Below are positions 36,014 through 46,129 of a stretch of 64,000 nt of DNA, piece by piece. The DNA is taken from contig OY969696.1 in assembly GCA_963702005.1 (NCBI GenBank), positions 2,944,001 through 3,008,000 on the forward strand. The letters are read 5' to 3'. Position 1 is the first letter of the stretch. Every line of letters begins with the position of its first letter. The notes under the pieces were generated by a model, which saw only the letters and a program-made list of their open reading frames with translations, was not told where the DNA came from and made no database searches. This DNA is from Candidatus Aminicenantes bacterium (lineage in GTDB: Bacteria > Acidobacteriota > Aminicenantia > Aminicenantales > JAFGBC01). Made by a program: the position numbers and the translations under genes.

Positions 36014-37807
36014 ATGGTCCCGATAAGATCCGTGAAAACGTTCGTGCTGGTGATCATCGCCGTATTGATCTTGACGACGGCCGGTGCGGCCCAGATCGTC
36101 ATCGCCCGGGGCGGCCGAGCCGTCGCCGCGGTGGTTGTTTCGGAAAACGCATCCGCGACGGAGCTTCAAGCGGCACGGGAGATCGCTTTTTTCCTCCACA
36201 TTGTGACCGGCGGCGACTTCGCGATCGTCAGCGCCGCCCCGCCGTCAAGGCCCAGGCTGCTCGTGGGAGAGGGCGCAGCCCGAATCGCCGACCCGGCCTT
36301 CGCGGCTGCGTCCCTGGCGCCGGAGGAAATCCTCATCCGTTCCGCCGGCGGCGATCTCATCCTCGCCGGCGGCAGCCCGCGCGGAACGCTCTATGCCGTC
36401 GAGACGTTCCTCGAAGACGTCGTCGGCTGTCGCTGGTGGACGTCGACGGCCAGCCATATCCCATGGAAGCCGACGCTGAATATCGGCCCCCTCTCCGTTC
36501 GCTATGCTCCGCCCCTCGAATACCGCGAACCCTTCTGGTACGTCGCCTTCGACGACATCTGGTCGGCCCGGAACAAGGCCAACGGCATTCGCTCCGGCGG
36601 AAACGACCTCTACGGCGGGAGGCATATTTACGAGGGCTTCGTCCACACCTTCTACCCGCTCATCCCCCCCGAGAAATACTTCAAGGACCACCCCGAATGG
36701 TTCGGCGAGATCAACGGGCGGCGAACGGGCGAGAACGCCCAGCTCTGCCTGACCAACGAGGAGATGAGGCGGGAGCTGGTCAGGAACCTCAAGGAGCGGC
36801 TGCGCCTCAATCCCAAAGCCACCATCGCCTCGGTCTCGCAGAACGACTGTTTCAATCCCTGCGCCTGCCCGCTCTGCCGGGCCGTGGATGAAGAGGAAGG
36901 GAGCCCGTCGGGCCTTCTCCTCCGCTTCGTCAACGCCGTCGCCGCGGACATCGAGGAGGAGTTTCCCGGCGTCGCGATCGACACCCTCGCCTATCAGTAC
37001 ACCCGTAAGCCGCCCAGGATCACCCGGCCGCGTCCCAACGTCATCGTCCGGCTCTGCAGCATCGAATGCTCCTTCAGCAGACCCCTCGACGACGAAACCA
37101 ACAAGGCATTTTACGACGACCTCAAAGGGTGGTCGGCGATCGCCGACCGGCTGTTTATCTGGGACTATACGACCGACTTCTCCCACTACATCCAACCCCA
37201 TCCCAACACCCGGGTCCTCGGCCCGAACATCAGGCTCTTCGTCCGGAACAAGGTCCGGGGGATCTTCGAGCAGGGCGCCTACCAATCCTGGGGGTCGGAG
37301 ATGGCCGAGCTTCGAGCTTGGATGCTGGCCAAGCTCCTCTGGAACCCGACGCTCGACCCCTCGAAGCTAAGAGGGGAATTCATCAAGGGGTATTACGGCC
37401 GGGCGGCCGGCCGCATTTCGGCTTACCTGGACCTCCTCGACGGGGCCGTCCAGGCCGCCGGGGATAACATGGGCTGCTACTCGCCGCCCGATGCCAAGTT
37501 CCTATCCCTGGACACTCTCGTCCGGTCCTGGGATATCCTGAAGGAAGCTGAGGGCAGCGTCCGGGGGACGATCGAATACGCCAGCCGTATCAGACGCGTT
37601 CAGATGCCCGTCGTCTATGTCGTCCTGGCCAAATGGGATGCCCTCCGCAAGGAGGCCCAAGACCGGAGACTGGCTTGGCCGTGGATGTCCGGGAGGGCGG
37701 AATGGCTCGACTGGTTCCTCAAGGCCGCCCGGGCCGAGGGCGTCACGATGATCTCCGAGTGGCAGACCTTGGACGACTGGGCAAGCAAGGGCGGCCAGGC
37801 CCGCTGA
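36014..37807 (+). CDS. DUF4838-domain secreted protein (glycoside hydrolase-like)
   Basis: RGTLYAV..FLE..GCRWW, HTF..L..P..YF.DHPEWF, QLCLTN, SQND, TLAYQYT motifs. Confidence 0.8.
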   Translation: MVPIRSVKTFVLVIIAVLILTTAGAAQIVIARGGRAVAAVVVSENASATELQAAREIAFFLHIVTGGDFAIVSAAPPSRPRLLVGEGAARIADPAFAAASLAPEEILIRSAGGDLILAGGSPRGTLYAVETFLEDVVGCRWWTSTASHIPWKPTLNIGPLSVRYAPPLEYREPFWYVAFDDIWSARNKANGIRSGGNDLYGGRHIYEGFVHTFYPLIPPEKYFKDHPEWFGEINGRRTGENAQLCLTNEEMRRELVRNLKERLRLNPKATIASVSQNDCFNPCACPLCRAVDEEEGSPSGLLLRFVNAVAADIEEEFPGVAIDTLAYQYTRKPPRITRPRPNVIVRLCSIECSFSRPLDDETNKAFYDDLKGWSAIADRLFIWDYTTDFSHYIQPHPNTRVLGPNIRLFVRNKVRGIFEQGAYQSWGSEMAELRAWMLAKLLWNPTLDPSKLRGEFIKGYYGRAAGRISAYLDLLDGAVQAAGDNMGCYSPPDAKFLSLDTLVRSWDILKEAEGSVRGTIEYASRIRRVQMPVVYVVLAKWDALRKEAQDRRLAWPWMSGRAEWLDWFLKAARAEGVTMISEWQTLDDWASKGGQAR

Positions 37808-37827
37808 TTCTCAGGATCGGCCCGAAC

Positions 37828-38307
37828 TCATTCGCGCGGGTCCAGCAGCGCACAATCCCGTCGAACCCCGCGAATCGCGGTTAGAACAATGATTAAAAGG
37901 CCCCACCCAAAGTACAGAATGTGAAGAAAGGCCACTGACCGGAGCAGCGCCACCTCAACCGTGATCCAAACGATCAAGATCACGCCGGCCGCTAACGAAG
38001 CGGCCCAACTCCAGTGAACTCGCTTAAACGGATTAAGCGCTTCCGGCCAACGCCAGCGCGGCCTCTTCCATAGAGCATAGGCAACGGCCATAGGAAAGAT
38101 CCCGTTTAGGGAGAACAAAATAGCGCCCGGCATAAGAAAATTTCGGAAGGGGGAATATTTCAGCATGCTGATGGGCATCTTGAGCAAATGCCCATCAGGG
38201 GCAACCATCAACGCCCCGCCGCCCGCCAAGGCCCCCAAGCTTAAAAGAATCAGGAGAAGCATCAATAGCCGCACGACGGCGGGGCTGCGATCGCCGTCAT
38301 TTTTCAT
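37828..38307 (-). CDS. Hypothetical four-TM membrane protein, lower GC
   Basis: GALAGG..PDG..SPF.NFL.PG pattern; AAGGAG RBS. Confidence 0.7.
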   Translation of the reverse strand: MKNDGDRSPAVVRLLMLLLILLSLGALAGGGALMVAPDGHLLKMPISMLKYSPFRNFLMPGAILFSLNGIFPMAVAYALWKRPRWRWPEALNPFKRVHWSWAASLAAGVILIVWITVEVALLRSVAFLHILYFGWGLLIIVLTAIRGVRRDCALLDPRE

Positions 38308-38350
38308 TTCCGGACGCTCCTTATAACGGGAATTTTCTCCCTAAGAAAAA

Positions 38351-38739
38351 AAACGGCTGGAGGGGGACATAAGCCGAATTCTGTTCCCGCGTGAACGGGG
38401 GCGGTTATTTATCTGGCCGGCCGGTTGCCCGGACGGTCCTGCGGCCTACCCACCCCTTCGGACGGGCCGTCCTCGAACGGGGTCTCTTTGGCCTTGCTCC
38501 GGATGGGGTTTGCCGTGCGCCCCGTGTCGCCACGAGGCCGGTGAGCTCTTACCTCGCCGTTTCACCCTTGCTCCTCCCGGGCCCGGAGGCCCGCGAGGGG
38601 CGGTCTGGTCTCTGTGGCACTTTCCCCCGGTCGCCCGGAGTCGCCGTTAGCGACCATCCTGCCCTATGGAGTTCGGACTTTCCTCCCCCTCCTCCTCAGT
38701 CGGAGGAAGGAGCAACCGCCTCGCCCACTCCAGCCGTTT
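38351..38739 (-). ncRNA. rnpB: RNase P RNA, type A
   Basis: GAGGAAAGTCCG, GGAAAGTGCCACAGA, GGGTGAAACGG..GGTAAGAGC, GGAGCAAGGC, AACAGAATTCGGCTTA; complementary ends AAACGGCTGGAG/CTCCAGCCGTTT. Confidence 0.97.
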
Positions 38740-38762
38740 AAAACTTACCAGTTCTTATTCTC

Positions 38763-38791
38763 TTTATACAGGTTACCGCACGACGTGTCAA
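38763..38791 (-). promoter_or_regulatory. rnpB promoter
   Basis: TTGACA-N17-TATAAA just upstream of rnpB. Confidence 0.7.
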
Positions 38792-38980
38792 TCGCCGCTG
38801 AGGGCTTCCTAGCGCGGACGGGATGGCGGGCATAATCCCTCAGGTCCGGCCGGCGTGCCGCTGATTGACTTCTATTTCCGGCTATGTTAGTTTTTTTTTA
38901 TGGGGGCAAATATCAAAGCTATCGGCTTTCGGTCGTTTTCTTATTTGATCCCCATCATTTCCATCTCCTACGGAGGCCCC

Positions 38981-41083
38981 ATGAAAAGAGCCATGGTCTT
39001 TTTCGGTTTGGCGTTGGCCGTCCTGGCGCCGGCATCATTTCCCTTCCCTCCAGGGCCTCCGTTCGATTCCCCTCAGGCCTATTCCTCGGTGCCCGATTTT
39101 GGGAGCATCCCCCTGCATTTCATCCCGAACAGCGGACTTTATGACGCCCCGGCCTTGTTCTATGCCAGGACATCCCGCTACACTCTGTGGCTGACGAAGA
39201 ACGGCCTGGTGTTTGACGTCATGAGCCGTCGGGCTTCCGGCGCCCCGGCCGAGAGGAGCGTCTCGAGGCTTGAATTCCGCGGGACGAACCCCGATCCGGA
39301 TGTCGTGGCCGCGGATCCCTCCGAATACAGGGTCAGCTATTTCGAGGGGAACGACCCCAGCCGCTGGCTAACGGGCATCCCAACCTCCTCGACGGTCGTC
39401 TATCGCGGGGTCTACCCTCGGATCGACCTTAAGATCTACGGAGTCGAGCGCGAAGTCGAGTACGACTGGGTCGTGAAGCCGGGCGGTGACCCGGCCCTCA
39501 TCCGATTCGTCTACGAGGACGCGCAGCGGACGGACATTGAAAAGGACGGGAGCCTTGTCGTTGAGGCGGGGCTCGGCGGCTTCAAACACGGCAAGCCCGT
39601 GGCCTATCAAATAATCGAGGGCCGCCGGAGGACGGTCGAGGCCGCCTTCATGAAGGCGGGAAAAAACGAATACGGAATCAAGCTCGGTTCCTACGATAAA
39701 TCCCTTGATTTGATTATCGACCCCTATATCATGGCCTATGCCAGCTACCTGGGGGGGTCGCTGACCGAGTCGGTCGGCGGACTGGTCGTCGACGGCGAGG
39801 GCGCCATCTATATCGCCGGTTATACCTCAAGCCCCAATTTTCCCGCTCCCTCCCGATCGGCCGCGGCCAGGAGCGACGAATTTGTCACGAAGATCTCTCC
39901 GGACGGCACCTCCCTTGTCTATACGGCGTTTTTAGGGATCGGAGCGATCGATAAATATTTCGAGCTGCCCGGGCTCGCCGTCGACGCGGCCGGAGCAGCC
40001 TATCTCGCCGGCATGACGGGATCTCCGAATTTTCCGGTCAAGAACGCGTTCCAGAAAAAATACGGCGGCGGACTCCATGACGGCTATGTGGCCAAGATCG
40101 CCCCCGACGGCAAAAGCCTCGTCTATTCGAGCTACCTGGGCGGGGACGGAGCGGACACCTGCCTGTCGATCGCCGTCGACGCCAAGGGCGCCGCTTATGT
40201 CACGGGCTATGGCGGGAGTTCGAACCTTCGCATGAAAAACCCCTTCCAAGAAAAGAATTCCGGCCTTAACGACGGCTTCGTCAGCAAGGTGGCCCCGAAC
40301 GGAAAGAGCCTGGTCTATTCCACCTATATCGGCGGCACGCTCGACGAGTGGACCCAGGGCATCGCCGTGGACAGCTTCGGCGCCGCCTATATCGCAGGGC
40401 TCACGGAAAGCCATGACTTTCCCTTGAAGAATCCCTATCAGAAGGCCAATAAGGGTTCGGGCGACCTCTTCATCACGAAATTCGCACCGGACGGCCAGAG
40501 CCTCGTCTTTTCCACCTTATTGGGCGGGCCGGGCTATGACGAGGTCTTGGTCATCGCCCTGGGCGCGGGCGGAACCGTCTATATCGCGGGGCATACCGAG
40601 GGCGCCTTCCCGCTGAAGAAACCCTTCCAGCCGGCCCGCAAAGGCCCGACGGACGCGATCGTGGCCGAACTCGCGGCGGACGGCCAAAGCCTTGTCTTCT
40701 CGACCTACCTGGGCGGCAGCGGGGAGGATTGGTGCAACGGGTTGGCCGTGGACCGCGACGGGGCGGTCCTTGTGACGGGGGAGACGGGAAGCTCCAATTT
40801 TCCCAAAAAGGACGCGTGCCAGCCGATCAAAAAGGGGGACTATGACGCCTTCGTGACGAAATTCTCGCCAACCGGCCAAAGCCTCCTGTTTTCGACATTT
40901 CTCGGCGGGTCCGGCTCGGATTTCGGCTTCCGGATCGCCGCCGGCGTGGGCGGAGAGATCTATGTCGCCGGCCGCACGAACAGTCTCGGCTTCCCCCTCC
41001 TCAAGCCCTATCAAAAGAAATATGGCGGCGGCGACTACGACCTGTTCCTCTCGAAATACGACTCAATTTCGCGGACGAGATGA
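38981..41083 (+). CDS. SBBP beta-propeller repeat surface protein
   Basis: Repeated K.SPDG.SLV(Y/F)S(T/S)YLGG...IAVD..GA.Y.AG.T.S.NFP units; signal peptide; GGAGG RBS. Confidence 0.85.
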   Translation: MKRAMVFFGLALAVLAPASFPFPPGPPFDSPQAYSSVPDFGSIPLHFIPNSGLYDAPALFYARTSRYTLWLTKNGLVFDVMSRRASGAPAERSVSRLEFRGTNPDPDVVAADPSEYRVSYFEGNDPSRWLTGIPTSSTVVYRGVYPRIDLKIYGVEREVEYDWVVKPGGDPALIRFVYEDAQRTDIEKDGSLVVEAGLGGFKHGKPVAYQIIEGRRRTVEAAFMKAGKNEYGIKLGSYDKSLDLIIDPYIMAYASYLGGSLTESVGGLVVDGEGAIYIAGYTSSPNFPAPSRSAAARSDEFVTKISPDGTSLVYTAFLGIGAIDKYFELPGLAVDAAGAAYLAGMTGSPNFPVKNAFQKKYGGGLHDGYVAKIAPDGKSLVYSSYLGGDGADTCLSIAVDAKGAAYVTGYGGSSNLRMKNPFQEKNSGLNDGFVSKVAPNGKSLVYSTYIGGTLDEWTQGIAVDSFGAAYIAGLTESHDFPLKNPYQKANKGSGDLFITKFAPDGQSLVFSTLLGGPGYDEVLVIALGAGGTVYIAGHTEGAFPLKKPFQPARKGPTDAIVAELAADGQSLVFSTYLGGSGEDWCNGLAVDRDGAVLVTGETGSSNFPKKDACQPIKKGDYDAFVTKFSPTGQSLLFSTFLGGSGSDFGFRIAAGVGGEIYVAGRTNSLGFPLLKPYQKKYGGGDYDLFLSKYDSISRTR

Positions 41084-41261
41084 CATGATTAGACGCCCGA
41101 AAGGGCCTTCCGTCGTCAGCGGCCCTCCCGCCCGGGGGAGCCGGGGCTCTCCTCCTCGTCCGAGGCGGGACCGCCCGCCTCTCCCATTCCAACCGTTATA
41201 CTAATTCCTTACGGCCCTCATTTCTCATACAAGTTACGGCGCGGCCTGTCAATCTCTCTCA

Positions 41262-41375
41262 TTGACCCGTTCGCCGACGCCACCCAGCCTTGCAGTACTC
41301 ATGAACCGGGAACGGTTCGTGGGTGCCGCCCTGAAAGGCTGCACTCATGGCTTCCATAAGTGTCGAAGGGTTGAC
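41262..41375 (+). repeat. TTGAC-bounded modular repeat, copy 6 (114 bp)
   Basis: TTGACCCGTTCGCCGACGC...GTGTCGAAGGGTTGAC; first ~75 bp nearly identical to the reverse complement of the right part of copy 5. Confidence 0.93.
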
Positions 41376-41505
41376 TCTCCACCCTGATCGGCATTATATT
41401 TTATTAATAAATGCCCGAAGGCGGCGATCTTACAGCCAATCGAGCGGGGCAGTGGGCCGTGGTTGAAGACTTTTCCTTGCCCGGCCCGGATGGAGAAAGA
41501 CGGCC

Positions 41506-43080
41506 ATGAAAAGCAAAACCACACGGCGTTCGAACGCAAGGGGGACGAATCGTCCGGACAACCGTCCCCGCCCCGCCGGGGGCGGCCCGGCTGACGCGGG
41601 CCGGGAGCGCAACCTGTTGAAAGCCATCCTCGATACGATTCCCGATAAGGTCTACTTCAAGGACCTCGACAGCCGTTTCATCCGAAACAGCTTGGCCCAT
41701 GCGAAATCCTTCGCGGTCGAAGATCCCAACGACCTCATCGGCAAGACGGACTTCGATTTCTTCTCGGAAGAGCATGCCCGGCAGGCGTTCGAGGATGAGC
41801 AGAGGGTCATCCGAACCGGAAAGCCCTTGATCGGGATCGAGGAAAAAGAGACCTGGCCCGACGGCCACGTCAGCTGGGTGTCCACGACTAAGATGCCCCT
41901 GAAGGATGACAAGGGAGAAATCGTTGGGACCTTCGGGATCTCCCGGGACATCACGGCCCAGAAGGAGGCCGAACAGGCCATGATCCGCGAGCGCTATTTG
42001 CTCCATGCGCTCCTGGATACGATCCCCGATCATATCTACTTCAAAGACGTCGACAGCCGTTTCATCCGGAACAGCCGGGCCCATGCGAAATCCTTCGGGG
42101 TCGAAGATCCCAACGACCTCATCGGCAAGACGGACTTCGATTTCTTCTCGGAAGAGCATGCCCGGCAGGCGTTCGAGGATGAGCAGGAGATTATCCGGTC
42201 CGGAAAGCCCTTGATCGGGATCGAGGAAAAGGAAACCTGGCCCGACGGCCATATCACTTGGGCGTCCACGACCAAGATGCCCCTCAGGGACGAAAAGGGG
42301 CAGATCGTAGGGACGTTCGGTATCTCACGCGACATCACTCGCCAGAAAGAAACCGAACAGGAAGCCAAGAAGCTCACCGAGGCGCTGAAACGGTCCAACC
42401 GGGAGCTCGAGGAGTTCGCCTATGTGGCTTCTCATGACCTCCATGAGCCTCTTCGGATGATCTCGAGCTACCTTCTGCTTATTTCCCGGCGCTACCAGGC
42501 CCAGCTGGATCAAGACGGCCGGGAGTTCATCGGCTTCGCCGTGGACGGGGCCCAGCGGATGCAGGCCATGATCAACGACCTCCTCACCTATTCGCGCGTC
42601 ACGACCCAGGGGAAAATATTTTCCCAAATAGAGCTCGAAGCCGTGTTGCAGCGCGCCCTGTTGAACCTCAAGGTCGCTATCGCCGAATCGGGCGCACGGC
42701 TGACGCACAACCCGCTGCCGGCCGTCAGCGGGGACGATCGTCAGATCGAGCGCCTGTTGCAGAACCTCATCGGCAACGCTTTGAAGTATCGCCGGCCGGA
42801 CGTCGCTCCGGAGATCCAAGTCTCCGCAGAGAAAAGAGACTCCGAATGGGTCTTCGGAATCCGCGACAATGGGATCGGGATCGACCCGAAATATTTCGAC
42901 AGGATCTTCGGCATTTTTCAGAGGCTTCATACCCGGGAGCAATATAAGGGAACCGGGATCGGGCTGGCGATCTGCAAGAAGACCGTGGAGCGCCACGGCG
43001 GCCGGATCTGGGTGGAATCGGAAGAGGGGAAAGGGGCGACCTTCTACTTCACGCTTCCGGTCCAGACCGAGCTAGCCTAA
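41506..43080 (+). CDS. Cytoplasmic PAS-PAS sensor histidine kinase
   Basis: Two PAS/PAC repeats, FAYVASHDL.EPLR H-box, NLIGNALKY, DNGIG, GTGIGLAI. Confidence 0.93.
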   Translation: MKSKTTRRSNARGTNRPDNRPRPAGGGPADAGRERNLLKAILDTIPDKVYFKDLDSRFIRNSLAHAKSFAVEDPNDLIGKTDFDFFSEEHARQAFEDEQRVIRTGKPLIGIEEKETWPDGHVSWVSTTKMPLKDDKGEIVGTFGISRDITAQKEAEQAMIRERYLLHALLDTIPDHIYFKDVDSRFIRNSRAHAKSFGVEDPNDLIGKTDFDFFSEEHARQAFEDEQEIIRSGKPLIGIEEKETWPDGHITWASTTKMPLRDEKGQIVGTFGISRDITRQKETEQEAKKLTEALKRSNRELEEFAYVASHDLHEPLRMISSYLLLISRRYQAQLDQDGREFIGFAVDGAQRMQAMINDLLTYSRVTTQGKIFSQIELEAVLQRALLNLKVAIAESGARLTHNPLPAVSGDDRQIERLLQNLIGNALKYRRPDVAPEIQVSAEKRDSEWVFGIRDNGIGIDPKYFDRIFGIFQRLHTREQYKGTGIGLAICKKTVERHGGRIWVESEEGKGATFYFTLPVQTELA

Positions 43081-43122
43081 AAAGTCCCTCAAGGAAACGC
43101 GCTGTTCGGAGGCATCTGGCCG

Positions 43123-44547
43123 TCAGCGACCATCCTGCCCGCCGGAGTCAGGGCTTTCCTCCGCCTCTCCCACTCCGGCCGTTATTTTGATGCCGTACTG
43201 GTCTAATTTCTTATACAAGTTGCTGCGAGGGGTGTCGATTTCCCGGGCCGTCTGGGAGACGTTCCAACCGTTAGATTCGAGCTTGGCCAGGATGAAATCC
43301 TTCTCGGCCAGGTCCCTGAACTCCCGGAGCGTCTTGACGGCCTTGGCGTCCGGAAGAAGCACCGCCCGCTCGCCCGTGATCGTTTCGGGCAGGTCTCGCT
43401 TGCGGATGACGTCGCCGTCGGTCATGATGATGAGCCGCTCGACCAGGTTCCGCAGCTCGCGGACGTTCCCCTTCCAGGGGTATTTCATCATGGCCTCAAG
43501 GGCCTCTTCGGCGAATCGCTTGGGCCGGGCGTTGTTCTCCTCGGCGTAGTTCCGGCAGAAATAATCCGCCAAGATCGGGATGTCCTCCCTGCGCTCGCGG
43601 AGCGGGGGCGAGACGAGCGGGACGACGTTGAGCCGGAAGAAGAGGTCTTCCCGGAAGCGGCCCCGGCCGATTTCGTCGCGAAGGTCCTTGTTGGTCGCCG
43701 CGATGACCCGGACATCGACCTTGTTCGTCCGGCTGGAACCCACCTTCTGGACTTCGCCCTCCTCCAGGACCCGGAGGACCTTGGACTGGGTTTTAAGGCT
43801 CATGTCGCCGATCTCGTCGAGAAAGATGGTCCCGCCGTCGGCCTGCTCGAACTTGCCCGACTTTTTCTCGGTCGCTCCGGTGAACGCCCCTTTCTCGTGG
43901 CCGAACAGCTCCGATTCGATGAGCTCCTCGGGTATCGCCGCGCAGTTGACCTGGACGAAGGGCTCCTTGGCCCGGAGGCTCTGGTTGTGGATGGCCCGGG
44001 CGATGAGTTCCTTGCCCGTCCCGCTTTCGCCGAATAGGAAGACCGTCGCGTTGGTCGGGGCGATTTTCTGGACTTCCTTCCAAAGGGCCTGGATGAGGGG
44101 GTGGTGGCCGATGATCTCATAGCGCTTCTCGGCCTTCCGCTTGAGATCCTGGCATTCGCGGAGGAGCCGGTTCTGGGTCAGGGCGTTCCGGATCCGGAGC
44201 AGGACCTGGTCCCGGGACAGGGGCTTCTCCATGAAGTCGAAGGCGCCTAGCTTGGTCGCCTCGACGGCCGTCTTGACGGTCGCCTGGCCTGAGATCATGA
44301 TGACGTCGGGGGCGTAGGGCTTCCGGCGCAGCTCCTGGAGAATGCCTAGTCCGTCCTTCCCCGGAAGCATGATGTCGAGGAGGATGAGGTCGGGCATCTC
44401 CTGGACGGCCAGCAGGTCCAGCGCGTCCTCTCCCGAGGAGGCCTCGACTACGATATAGCCCTCGTACTCGAGGATCATCCGCAGTGATTTGCGGATGTTC
44501 TCCTCGTCGTCGACGATCATGATCCGGGCCTTGATGTCATTTTTCAT
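43123..44547 (-). CDS. sigma54-dependent response regulator (NtrC/NtrX family)
   Basis: REC domain, GESGTGKE, GAFTGA, FLDEIGDM, Fis-type HTH. Confidence 0.93.
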   Translation of the reverse strand: MKNDIKARIMIVDDEENIRKSLRMILEYEGYIVVEASSGEDALDLLAVQEMPDLILLDIMLPGKDGLGILQELRRKPYAPDVIMISGQATVKTAVEATKLGAFDFMEKPLSRDQVLLRIRNALTQNRLLRECQDLKRKAEKRYEIIGHHPLIQALWKEVQKIAPTNATVFLFGESGTGKELIARAIHNQSLRAKEPFVQVNCAAIPEELIESELFGHEKGAFTGATEKKSGKFEQADGGTIFLDEIGDMSLKTQSKVLRVLEEGEVQKVGSSRTNKVDVRVIAATNKDLRDEIGRGRFREDLFFRLNVVPLVSPPLRERREDIPILADYFCRNYAEENNARPKRFAEEALEAMMKYPWKGNVRELRNLVERLIIMTDGDVIRKRDLPETITGERAVLLPDAKAVKTLREFRDLAEKDFILAKLESNGWNVSQTAREIDTPRSNLYKKLDQYGIKITAGVGEAEESPDSGGQDGR

Positions 44548-44706
44548 CGGTCTGCTCCGCAACCCCCGCTATTTTACCACAAATCCGCCCGGGAATAATT
44601 CCGGGGACCTCAGACCCGATCCGAATTAAGTCGTGTGTCCCCAGAATTATTTTACATGCGGCGTAAAATTATTTAACATGAAGGGGCAGGCCCAAGGAAA
44701 CAAAAT

Positions 44707-44722
44707 TGGCACGAAATCCGCA
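44707..44722 (+). promoter_or_regulatory. Candidate sigma54 -24/-12 promoter
   Basis: TGGCACGAAATCCGCA: GG-N10-GC spacing, 21 bp before ATG 44744. Confidence 0.55.
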
Positions 44723-44743
44723 TTACAAAGAACGGCGGGCCGG

Positions 44744-46129
44744 ATGAAAGCGAGAAATAACTCGACCCTCCTTCCCTCCTCCTTCCTTTTCCTCGCCGCT
44801 TTTCTCACGGCCCACCCCCTCTTTTCCTCTCCGGCTGAGGTCAGCAAATTTTTCAGCCTCGACAACGGCCTGAGGATTTTCCTCCTCGAGAAGCGCGATG
44901 TCCCGCTCCTCAACATCGCGACGGCCGTCAACCTGGGCTCCAAGGACGAGACCGCGGAGACGAACGGCCTCGTCCACATCCTGGAGCACTGCATCCTGTT
45001 TCGGGGGACCGAGGCCCGCGCCGGGGGTGACGCGGGCCTCGGGGCGAGGAGCCACGGCGCCTACTTCAACGCCCATACCGATCAGGACCTGTCCCTGTTC
45101 GAGATTTCCCTCCCGGCCGCCGAGGCCGATTTCGCCCTCCGCCACCAGCGGGAGTTGCTGTTCAGCCTCGGACTGAGCCCGGAGGAGCTCGCGTCGGAGA
45201 AGGAGATCATCCTCGAGGAGCTCAGCATGCTCGAGGACGACGCTCAGAGGTACGCCGGATTCCTCGCTCAGCAGAGCGTATTCAAGGGACACCCTTACGA
45301 GAAGCCCATCTATGGGTCCCGGGACATCATCCGGTCCGTCACGGCCGACCAGGTCCTCGCTTTTTACAGGAAGTTCTTCGTCCCGGCCAACGCGGCGCTG
45401 GCCGTGGTGGGGGACTTCGACGTCGCGGATATGGAGGCCCGGGTCCGGGCCGCCTACGGCGATTTGGCCAAAACACCGTTCACGCCCGCCCATTTCCCGA
45501 AGGCGGCCCGTCTCGAGAAATCCGTCGAAATCAGCGAGACCCGGGACGTTCAAGAGGCGACCCTCGTCCTGGCCTGGGCCGCGCCGGACGCCGATAATCC
45601 CGATCAGTTCGCCATAGACGTCCTGACCGAGATCTGCGGCCGCGGCGTCAATCCCATGCTGAACAGCGTCCTCCGGGGCGGCCGCCGCGACCTGATCAAG
45701 ACACTGTCCATGAGCTATCTCGCCCACCGCTACGGAGGCGTTACCTTCCTGACCATGACCCTGGAGCCGGGGAACGTCGCCGCCGCCAAGCGGCAGGCCG
45801 TCGATTTCATGATGAAGGCCCGGAACCTGAACTTCGCCAAGGACGACTATATGGGCGAGGACCGCCTGTACGTCTTCGATTTTCTGGGGAGCGCCAAGAA
45901 CCAGATCCGGTTTGCGACCGAAGCTTTTCAGGAGAACGGCCTCGCCATCGCCCGCTCCCTGGCCAAATACGCCCTCTTCTCGGACAACACGGACGGTACG
46001 AACTACCTGGCGGCGATCGAGCGCTTGACGTCCTCGGACCTCAGGAGGGTCGCGGCCCGCGTCTTCAGCGAAGGCGAGTTCGCTTCCGTCGTCATCCTTC
46101 CCAAGGATAAACAAGGAGAACGGAAATGA
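44744..46129 (+). CDS. M16 family zinc peptidase, catalytic subunit
   Basis: LDNGL, HILEH inverted zinc motif, FNAHT, HPY, VVGD. Confidence 0.88.
   Translation: MKARNNSTLLPSSFLFLAAFLTAHPLFSSPAEVSKFFSLDNGLRIFLLEKRDVPLLNIATAVNLGSKDETAETNGLVHILEHCILFRGTEARAGGDAGLGARSHGAYFNAHTDQDLSLFEISLPAAEADFALRHQRELLFSLGLSPEELASEKEIILEELSMLEDDAQRYAGFLAQQSVFKGHPYEKPIYGSRDIIRSVTADQVLAFYRKFFVPANAALAVVGDFDVADMEARVRAAYGDLAKTPFTPAHFPKAARLEKSVEISETRDVQEATLVLAWAAPDADNPDQFAIDVLTEICGRGVNPMLNSVLRGGRRDLIKTLSMSYLAHRYGGVTFLTMTLEPGNVAAAKRQAVDFMMKARNLNFAKDDYMGEDRLYVFDFLGSAKNQIRFATEAFQENGLAIARSLAKYALFSDNTDGTNYLAAIERLTSSDLRRVAARVFSEGEFASVVILPKDKQGERK

Noticed and set aside
38391-38835. ORFs at 38391-38741 and 38614-38835
   Set aside because: They overlap the RNase P RNA gene on the opposite strand and are spurious.
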